Shown here: piece by piece, positions 49,793-56,967 of the stretch | How the letters are laid out: each line of letters starts with the position of its first letter | Position numbering within the stretch: position 1 is the stretch's first letter | Assembly: GCA_044229975.1 (NCBI GenBank) | Contig: JBGARZ010000009.1 | Span: forward strand, 1-64,000 | Source: Polyangiales bacterium | GTDB lineage: Bacteria > Myxococcota_A > Polyangia > Polyangiales > Ga0077539 | Direction: 5' to 3' | DNA length: 64,000 bases | Made by a program: the position numbers and the translations under genes | The notes under the pieces: model-generated | What the model was told of the DNA's origin: nothing | What the model saw: the letters and a program-made list of their open reading frames with translations, nothing else | Databases searched by the model: none

Positions 49793-51211
49793 GTGGCCGT
49801 GTCGAAGCCCACGCATGACCCGTCGCACTCCCCCGCCAACGCCCTCCCGAAGGTTCGTCCCGGGCCCGCCGTAGTCTTCGGCTTGCTCTTCGTGGGCAGC
49901 GTCGCGGCGGTGTGGGCGCCGTCGTCGCCGACCACCCCGGAGGGCGCCACCGCGCTCAACACCGGCGACACCGCGTGGATGCTCACGGCCACCGCCCTCG
50001 TGCTGCTGATGACGCCGGGGCTGTCGTTCTTCTACGGCGGCATGGTGCGCCCCAAGAACGTCATCTCCACCATGCTCCAGAGCTTCATCAGCATGGGCGT
50101 GGTGAGCCTCATCTGGGTCACCTTCGGCTTCAGCATGGCCTTCGGGGACTCCATCGGCGGCGTCGTCGGCAACCCCCTCACGCACTTCATGCTCCGCGGC
50201 GTCGGCGGCGCCCCGAGCGCCGACCTCAGCCCCACCTTCCCGCTCGCCCTCTTCGCGCTCTACCAGATGAAGTTCGCCATCATCACGCCGGCGCTCATCT
50301 CGGGCTCGTTCGCCGAGCGCGTGCGCTTCTCCAGCTACCTCATCTTCATCTCCATCTTCACCGTCGTCGTGTACTGCCCGCTCGCCCACGCGACGTGGCA
50401 CCCGCACGGACTCCTCCACCGCTTCGGCGTGCTCGACTTCGCCGGCGGAACCGTCGTCCACATGTCCGCCGGTCTCGCCGCCCTCGTCGGCGCGAGCTTC
50501 CTCGGTCGACGCACCGGCCACGGTCCGGGGCACGCCCACACGCCCGCGCACATCCCCTTCGTGCTGCTCGGCACCGGGATGCTGTGGTTCGGGTGGTTCG
50601 GCTTCAACGCGGGCTCGGCGCTCGGGGCATCGCCGCTCGCGGTGCACGCCTTCCTCACCACCAACACCGCGTCGGCCGCCGCGATGCTGAGCTGGATCTG
50701 CCTCGAACGCCTCCAGGGCCGCCCCGCCTCGGCGCTCGGCGCGTGCATCGGCGCCGTGGTGGGCCTCGTCGCCATCACGCCCGCGGCGGGCTTCGTCAGC
50801 GTCGGCGCGAGCCTGTGCATCGGCACGGTGGCGAGCGCGGTGAGCACCTTCGCGGTGCGCTGGAAGAGCCAGTCGATGCTCGACGACACGCTCGACGTGT
50901 TTCCCTGCCACGGCGTCGGCGGCATGGTGGGCATGGTGCTCACGGGGGTGTTCGCCTCGAAGGCCGTGAACCCCGCGGGCGGCGACGGGCTCATCTTCGG
51001 CGGGACGGGGCTGTTTCTGAAGCACCTCGCGGCGCTCCTCATCGTGTCGGCGTTTACGTCACTGGGCGCGTGGGCGATCTACTTCGTGACCGATCGCATC
51101 CGGCCGCTGCGTGTGCTCCCGGAGGAGGAGAAGCTCGGACTCGACATCACCCAGCACGGCGAGAGCCTGCTCACCGACGGGCGCAACTCGATGCTGCCCG
51201 ACGAGGCCTGA
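49793..51211 (+). CDS. amtB: Ammonium transporter (Amt)
   Basis: DTAWML, LMTPGLSFFYGG, DFAGGTVVH, LWFGWFGFNAGS, DDTLDVFPCHG, GLDITQHGE. Start approximate. Confidence 0.95.
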   Translation: MAVSKPTHDPSHSPANALPKVRPGPAVVFGLLFVGSVAAVWAPSSPTTPEGATALNTGDTAWMLTATALVLLMTPGLSFFYGGMVRPKNVISTMLQSFISMGVVSLIWVTFGFSMAFGDSIGGVVGNPLTHFMLRGVGGAPSADLSPTFPLALFALYQMKFAIITPALISGSFAERVRFSSYLIFISIFTVVVYCPLAHATWHPHGLLHRFGVLDFAGGTVVHMSAGLAALVGASFLGRRTGHGPGHAHTPAHIPFVLLGTGMLWFGWFGFNAGSALGASPLAVHAFLTTNTASAAAMLSWICLERLQGRPASALGACIGAVVGLVAITPAAGFVSVGASLCIGTVASAVSTFAVRWKSQSMLDDTLDVFPCHGVGGMVGMVLTGVFASKAVNPAGGDGLIFGGTGLFLKHLAALLIVSAFTSLGAWAIYFVTDRIRPLRVLPEEEKLGLDITQHGESLLTDGRNSMLPDEA

Positions 51212-51215
51212 CCCG

Positions 51216-51605
51216 CTACTTGTGCATCGCCTTCATCTGGCCGGGCACCACCACCTGGATGACGCCGCCCCAGTTGCACATGCACTTCGACGTCGCGTTG
51301 AGCACGGGCATCTTCTTGATCATCGCCTTCGGGTGACCGGGCGCCCAGGGGGCCGCGATGACCGGCATGCACGGCATCGGCGTGAGCACACCCAGCGCCG
51401 CCGCGGTGGCCGACGCGACCGTCGGGTTCGCGAGCGAGCTGCACATCACGAACGGGGGAATGTTCTTGATGGGAACGTTGTCCATGATGTTGGCGATGGG
51501 CATCTGGGTGCCCTGCACGCCCTTCTCCGGCGTGACGACCATGGTCGAGGGCGCCGCACCGAAACTGCACTGGAGGGTCGCTCCCATTGCGACGAAGGGT
51601 GGCAT
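51216..51605 (-). CDS. DUF4280 (PAAR-like) protein
   Basis: GATLQCSFG, NIPPFVMC, PCMP, W.PG, KCMCNWGGVI pattern; 129 aa. Confidence 0.9.
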   Translation of the reverse strand: MPPFVAMGATLQCSFGAAPSTMVVTPEKGVQGTQMPIANIMDNVPIKNIPPFVMCSSLANPTVASATAAALGVLTPMPCMPVIAAPWAPGHPKAMIKKMPVLNATSKCMCNWGGVIQVVVPGQMKAMHK

Positions 51606-51638
51606 TCGCGAACTCTATCGTGATCGCGTGGCGGAGGG

Positions 51639-53129
51639 CTACGGCCGCCAGCGCGGCGGCTCCAACCGACGGCGACCGTCCTTGGAGCGACCCACCTCGC
51701 CTTCGTCGGTCCCAACGGGCAGGCGGTCCCAGAGCTGGCAGGTGACCTCCTTGTGGTGCTGATCGAGCCCCTCGCAGTAGCTGGTGAGCTTGCACCGCCG
51801 CACCTCGCTCCCGCGTCCGACGCGAACCTTCCGCCACCAGTCGGGGTCGGCCAGGCTCTGCCGCGCGGCGCCCACCGCGTCGCAGTCGCCCCGCACCAGC
51901 GCCTCCTCCGCGAGTCGGAAGCCCGTGATGCCGCCCGCCCCGACGACGGGTGTGGTGAGCCCCTTCGCGCGGATGGCGTCGCGCACCGCTCGCGACAGAC
52001 CGAGGTTGCGACCAAACGGACCTCGCGCGTCGGAGCGCACCGTCGGCATGCACTCGTGGCCGCTCTCGCCGGTGTACGGGTACGCCGCGTGGCCGATCTT
52101 CGGCTGCTTCGCGTCCTCGAACTTCCCGCCCTTGGACACCGAGACGAAGTCCATCCCGTCGCTCGCCAGCTCGGCTCCGATGCGCGCCGCGTCCGTGACC
52201 GTGTTGCCGCCCGCGACGACCTCGTCGCCGAGGATGCGGCAGCCCACCACGAAGGCGTCGGAGACGCGTTGCCTCACCGCGGCGAAGACCTCCTTCGGTA
52301 GCTGCAATCGACCTGCGCGGGTGAGCCCGTAGCCGTCGTCGCGGCCGTTGTGCATCGAGAGAAATGACGCCATCGTGTAGGCGTGGGCGTAGTGGAGCTC
52401 GACGCCGTCGAAGCCCGCCGCCTCGGCGCGCGCAGATGCCTCGGCGAAGAGCCCGGGGAGCACCGCGGGCAGCGACCGGATGTGCGGCAGGTGCATGTCG
52501 TCGACGCGCTCGCGGTAGCCCTGGCGGAGGTCGTCGAGCTCGCGCGCGGTGAGCACCGCGTCGAGCTGCGGGTCATCGAGTGTGACCAGCGCCGAGCGGA
52601 GCGCGTCGTCGTCGAGGCGCTCGATCGCGGGGTCGCCGAGGAGCGCGGCGAGGCGCCGACGGTGGCCGTCGTCGACGCGGAGGAAGCGGGCGAAGTAGGC
52701 GGCGGGTTCGGGGCGCCGTCGGATGGTGAGGAAGTCGATGACCTGGAGGAAGACCCTGGTGCGCCCGGACGAGCGCTCGCGCACGGTGTCGACGAGGCGG
52801 CGCAGCCCGGGGACGTAGCGGTCGTGGCCGACGCGCAGCAGCGGCCCGCTGGGGACGTCGCGGATGCCGGTGGCCTCGACGACGATGGCGCCGGGTTCGC
52901 CGTCGGCGTAGCGGCCGTACCACTGGCAGACGGCGTCGGTGACCTCTCCGTCGTCGGTGGCGCGCCACGGAACCATCGCAGGCACCCAGGTGCGCGACGT
53001 GAGCGTGCAGCGGTGACCGAGCGGAAGGGGGGAGAAGAGCCGCGAGCGGGCGGCCTCGTCGGCGGTGGGCCACGCCTCGTCGGGGATGGGATGGACGACG
53101 CGCAGGTGGGTGCTCACGGGGAGCACCAT
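51639..53129 (-). CDS. NADH:flavin oxidoreductase (old yellow enzyme family) with C-terminal Cys motif
   Basis: PAM, VEAT, AGFDGVELHYAHAY, NGRDDGYG, ARQSLADPDW, CKLTSYC..C. Confidence 0.9.
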   Translation of the reverse strand: MVLPVSTHLRVVHPIPDEAWPTADEAARSRLFSPLPLGHRCTLTSRTWVPAMVPWRATDDGEVTDAVCQWYGRYADGEPGAIVVEATGIRDVPSGPLLRVGHDRYVPGLRRLVDTVRERSSGRTRVFLQVIDFLTIRRRPEPAAYFARFLRVDDGHRRRLAALLGDPAIERLDDDALRSALVTLDDPQLDAVLTARELDDLRQGYRERVDDMHLPHIRSLPAVLPGLFAEASARAEAAGFDGVELHYAHAYTMASFLSMHNGRDDGYGLTRAGRLQLPKEVFAAVRQRVSDAFVVGCRILGDEVVAGGNTVTDAARIGAELASDGMDFVSVSKGGKFEDAKQPKIGHAAYPYTGESGHECMPTVRSDARGPFGRNLGLSRAVRDAIRAKGLTTPVVGAGGITGFRLAEEALVRGDCDAVGAARQSLADPDWWRKVRVGRGSEVRRCKLTSYCEGLDQHHKEVTCQLWDRLPVGTDEGEVGRSKDGRRRLEPPRWRP

Positions 53130-53140
53130 CGTACTGCGGT

Positions 53141-53986
53141 CTATGCCTCGCTGGGCTCGCGTTGCGCGCCTTCGAGGCTCGACCACCACGCTGGCACGAA
53201 GCTCAGCGCCGTCGCGACGAGCACCGTCACGGCCGGAAACAAGAACGCCCCGAACCCCAGCGCGCTCGCCATCGGGACCATGATCGACGCGCCGCCGATG
53301 AAGGCGACGATCTTCAGCGCGCGCAGGCCCGCCGCGCGCAGCGCGAGCCCGCGGTGGGCGCCCACCGACACCGCCGCCGTGCCGAGGTAGACGCCCAGGT
53401 CGCTCGCCGGGCCCGTCAGGTGCGTCGTGCGAACCATGAAGCCCGTGAGCGTCGCGACCGAGGCGTTTTGCAGGCCCATGGAGAAGCTCAACATCGCGAG
53501 CAGCAGGAGGTCGGCGGTGCTCTGCACCCGGCCGCCAAACGCACCGAACACGCCCGCCATCCCGAGCGCCGCCGCGAGCGCGAGAATCGCCGACACCGCG
53601 ATCAACGGAACGTGGTGCCAGGGCTCCTGCCCCTTGTGCGTGCGCCCCTGGAGCGCGAGCACCGACGTCGCGGCCCCGAGGATGAAGCTGCCCATCAAGA
53701 GCCCGAGGTCGACCGCGAGCGTCTGGAGGTGCGCGTTGATGCTGATCATCGTGGCCGTCCCGGTGACGTGGCTCACGAAGCGCCGACACGCGAGGAAGCC
53801 TCCCGCGTTGACGGCGCCTGCGCTCATCGAGAGCAATACCCAGCTCGGCGAGTGCCGGAGCGTGAAGATCGTCGTGGGGTCGTGAAGGGTCACTTGCATC
53901 GTGGGTGCACTCTCCTCCGCGGCGCCGAGGTCCGCGGCCAATGTCTTGAGGCGACGGACCCGCATAGCGAACTCCGTGCCTCGCAT
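53141..53986 (-). CDS. YoaK/DUF1275 family membrane protein
   Basis: AGAVNAGGF, FVSHVTG, MGLQNA, VRTTHLTG. Start may be 53899. Confidence 0.9.
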   Translation of the reverse strand: MRGTEFAMRVRRLKTLAADLGAAEESAPTMQVTLHDPTTIFTLRHSPSWVLLSMSAGAVNAGGFLACRRFVSHVTGTATMISINAHLQTLAVDLGLLMGSFILGAATSVLALQGRTHKGQEPWHHVPLIAVSAILALAAALGMAGVFGAFGGRVQSTADLLLLAMLSFSMGLQNASVATLTGFMVRTTHLTGPASDLGVYLGTAAVSVGAHRGLALRAAGLRALKIVAFIGGASIMVPMASALGFGAFLFPAVTVLVATALSFVPAWWSSLEGAQREPSEA

Positions 53987-54116
53987 TGGACCTGGGCCGT
54001 AGATCGCAGCGCGCGCAGTGCGAGCGACAATCGCGGATCTGCGGGCTGGTGTAGGAGAGTCGGCCCGAGCCGACGGTGCGTTGGGCGTCGCCGACGGGCG
54101 CGTTGCGAAGACGACC

Positions 54117-54815
54117 CTACGCGGCGGAGGCGAAGGTCTGCGCGGGGATGCCAGCGAGGCGGGCCTCGACGGCGTCGGGGTCGATGCCGAGGCGGGCGCG
54201 CACCTCCGTAACAGGGACGTCCCAGAGGTCGTCCCAGCGCACGCCGAAGAGGGCTTTGCTGGTGCGGCCGAGGAGCCAGCCGCGGACGACCTCGCGCATG
54301 CGGCGGTCGCGGTCTTCGAAGCCGATGGGGCCGAGCGTGTTGAGCATGCCCGCGGCGAGCAGGGTCACGCCCAGCTTGGCCGGAAACTGCGCCAGGTAGA
54401 ACGCCTGGAGACCGAGCTCGCCCGCCACGTCGGTGCCGAACCCGCCGACCACGTGCCAGATGTCGTGGGTGTCGTAGAGGTGCGCCGTCACGAACTCGAT
54501 GGGGTCGCTCGACGGGAGGTTGGGAAAGCCCTTCGGGTCGAAGCCGTTGCCGCGCATGTGGTCGACGTAGGCGCGGCCGAGCGTTCCTGTCGGGAGCTTG
54601 CCCAGGCGGTCGAGGTCGAGGTCGAGCCGGGGGCGCTCTTCGAGCGAGCGGGCGCCCACCGCGTCGCGGCGAAACCAGTCGATCATCGGCTGCACCGCCT
54701 CCGGCGTACGCAGCGCGTCGGTGATGGTGAACACCCCGTCGATCTGCCGCGGATCGCGCACCAGCGACACAAACCCCCGCAGCGCCTTGAGCCCCGCCAA
54801 CACCTTCATCGCCAT
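54117..54815 (-). CDS. Coq4-like protein
   Basis: LGKLPTGTLGRAY and HDIWH-x11-E zinc motif (HDIWHVVGGFGTDVAGE). Confidence 0.88.
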   Translation of the reverse strand: MAMKVLAGLKALRGFVSLVRDPRQIDGVFTITDALRTPEAVQPMIDWFRRDAVGARSLEERPRLDLDLDRLGKLPTGTLGRAYVDHMRGNGFDPKGFPNLPSSDPIEFVTAHLYDTHDIWHVVGGFGTDVAGELGLQAFYLAQFPAKLGVTLLAAGMLNTLGPIGFEDRDRRMREVVRGWLLGRTSKALFGVRWDDLWDVPVTEVRARLGIDPDAVEARLAGIPAQTFASAA

Positions 54816-54883
54816 ATGCCGTATCGCTCCGTTCGAGCCGTCCGTGGTGCGCGCTTGCGCCGCCGTCCGAGCTGCGGAAGAAT

Positions 54884-54916
54884 ATGTGAGCGATTACTCA
54901 GATTTGCTACTCGCAT
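54884..54916. promoter_or_regulatory. Probable TetR operator in the divergent coq4-like/tetR interval
   Basis: AT-rich ATGTGAG...CTCGCAT dyad enclosing TGAG-N6-CTCA and direct repeats TACTCA/TACTCG. Confidence 0.55.
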
Positions 54917-54939
54917 CCCAGCGAGGGGAGCGTCGGACG

Positions 54940-55569
54940 ATGGTGGCAGCGCGGAAATTGTCGGCTCGCAAGGAGCCACGGCAGGAGCGGTCGAAGGACA
55001 CGGTGGGCAACATCCTGCGAGCGGCGGCTCGCATTCTGACCCGCGACGGCTACGAGGGCGCGACCACCAACCGCATCGCGGAGGTGGCGGGGGTGAGCGT
55101 GGGGTCGCTCTACCAGTACTTCCCCAACAAGGACGCCATCGTCGCGGCGCTCATCGACGACCACTGCGAGGAGATGTTCGAGGTGTTTCGCAAGGAGCTC
55201 GCGTCGCTGGCGGGCGCCGACCTGGAGACGGCGGCGCGCGGCGTGGTGGCAGCGCAGGTCGAGGCCCACAAGGTCAACCCGAAGCTGCACCGGGTGTTTC
55301 TGGAGCAGCTCCCGAAGGTGGGGATGCTGGAGCGCTTCCACGAGATCAACCGGCGTTCCGAGCTGCTGGTGCGGACGTACCTCGAAGCGCGGCGCGAGGA
55401 GATCCGCCCGGCCAACCTCGACCTCGCGGCCTTCCTGCTGGTGACGGCGGTGGAGGCGGTGACCCACGCCGCGGTGCTCGGGCGCGGCGAGCAGCTCGAA
55501 GAGCCCGACTTCATCGACGAGGTCGCGACGCTCTGCGTGAAGTACCTCGACGGGCGGCGGCGCCGATGA
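54940..55569 (+). CDS. TetR/AcrR family regulator
   Basis: PRQERSKDTV..ILRAAARIL..TTNRIAEVAGVSVGSLYQYFPNK. Confidence 0.95.
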   Translation: MVAARKLSARKEPRQERSKDTVGNILRAAARILTRDGYEGATTNRIAEVAGVSVGSLYQYFPNKDAIVAALIDDHCEEMFEVFRKELASLAGADLETAARGVVAAQVEAHKVNPKLHRVFLEQLPKVGMLERFHEINRRSELLVRTYLEARREEIRPANLDLAAFLLVTAVEAVTHAAVLGRGEQLEEPDFIDEVATLCVKYLDGRRRR

Positions 55570-56936
55570 CCGCCGCGTTGCGTGAGCTGGACAGCCTGCC
55601 GGGCGTCGCGGGACCGCCCTTCGCGGGGAGCTTCTTCGACGCGCGGCGAGATCCGTTGGAGCTGTTCGAGCGGGCGGCGCGGCACGGGGGCGACGCGGCG
55701 TGCCTGCGCTTCGGGCCATACCGCTACCTGACGCTGCACTCGCCCGAGGCGATTCGTCATGTGTTCGTGGAGAACGCCCGCGCCTACCACAAGAGCCCCA
55801 GCTACCGCGGGCTCAAGATGGTGCTGGGCAACGGGCTCATCACCAGCGAAGGAGACTTCTGGAAGCGGCAACGTCGGCTCGCGCAGCCGGCGTTTCACCG
55901 CGAGGGCCTGACGGGCTTCGTCGACGCCATGGTGCGCGACACGCAGGACATGCTCGACGGGTGGCGCCGCGACGGCGACGGCGCCTTCGACCTGCACGAC
56001 GCCATGATGCGGCTGACGCTGCGCATCGTCGGGCACACGCTGTTTTCGACGGACGTCCAGGCTGACGCTGGGGCGGTGGGGGCGGCCTTCGCGGTGGCCA
56101 TCAAGCGCGCCGACGACGAGAGCGTCGCGCTGATCAACCTCCCGACGTGGCTGCCGCTGCCGAGCAACCGTCGCTTCAGGAAGGCGCTGGCGACCCTCGA
56201 TGGGCTCGTGCATCGCATCATCGGCGAGCGACGCGCGATGCCCGAGGCCGAGCGGCCGGCCGACCTCCTGTCGATGCTGATGGCCGCGAAGGATGATGAC
56301 GGCGCGGGGATGAGCGACGCGCAGCTCCGCGACGAGGTGATGTCGATGGTGGGCGCCGGGCACGAGACGACGGCCAACGCGCTGGCGTGGACCTTTCACC
56401 TGCTGGGTGACCACGCCGAGGTGGCCGATCGGGTGGCCGACGAGGCGCGCGCGGCGTGCGGCGATCGGGCTCCGACGCTGGGCGATCTGCCGAAGCTCAC
56501 GTACACGAAGCGCGTGGTGGAGGAGTCGATGCGGCTGCGACCGCCCGTGTGGGTGATGGAGCGCGTGGCCATCGAGGACGACGTGGTGTGCGGCATCCGC
56601 GTGGCGAAGGGAACGCTCATCGGAGCATCGCCGTGGTGCCTGCATCGAGACCCACGGCACTGGAGCGACCCGGAGCGCTTCGACCCCGATCGCTTTCTGC
56701 CGGAGGCGGTGGAGGCGCGGGCCCGGTACACGTACCTGCCCTTCGGCGCGGGGCCGCGGGTGTGCATCGGCAACGGCTTCGCGATGATGGAGGCGCAGCT
56801 GTTGTTGGCGATGATCGCGCGCGAGCACCGCCTGGAGCGGGCCCCGTGGCACACGGTGAAGGCCGAGGCGACCATCACGCTGCGCCCGAAGGACGGCATG
56901 ACGATGATTCGTCGGCGGAGACACGCGGCGGTGTGA
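55566..56936 (+). CDS. Cytochrome P450
   Basis: WKRQRR, AGHETT, EESMRLRPP, FDPDRF, PFGAGPRVCIG; ATGA overlap with tetR. Confidence 0.96.
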   Translation: MTAALRELDSLPGVAGPPFAGSFFDARRDPLELFERAARHGGDAACLRFGPYRYLTLHSPEAIRHVFVENARAYHKSPSYRGLKMVLGNGLITSEGDFWKRQRRLAQPAFHREGLTGFVDAMVRDTQDMLDGWRRDGDGAFDLHDAMMRLTLRIVGHTLFSTDVQADAGAVGAAFAVAIKRADDESVALINLPTWLPLPSNRRFRKALATLDGLVHRIIGERRAMPEAERPADLLSMLMAAKDDDGAGMSDAQLRDEVMSMVGAGHETTANALAWTFHLLGDHAEVADRVADEARAACGDRAPTLGDLPKLTYTKRVVEESMRLRPPVWVMERVAIEDDVVCGIRVAKGTLIGASPWCLHRDPRHWSDPERFDPDRFLPEAVEARARYTYLPFGAGPRVCIGNGFAMMEAQLLLAMIAREHRLERAPWHTVKAEATITLRPKDGMTMIRRRRHAAV

Positions 56937-56967
56937 GGTTGCAGCAGCTCTGGTAACGTCCGTCACC

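Noticed and set aside
48878..56936. Apparent long fusions in the ORF track (48878..51211 Amt, 48965..51025 PLA2, 51639..53789 OYE, 54018..56936 P450)
   Set aside because: The extensions run through neighbouring genes; the recognisable domains begin at the later starts given.
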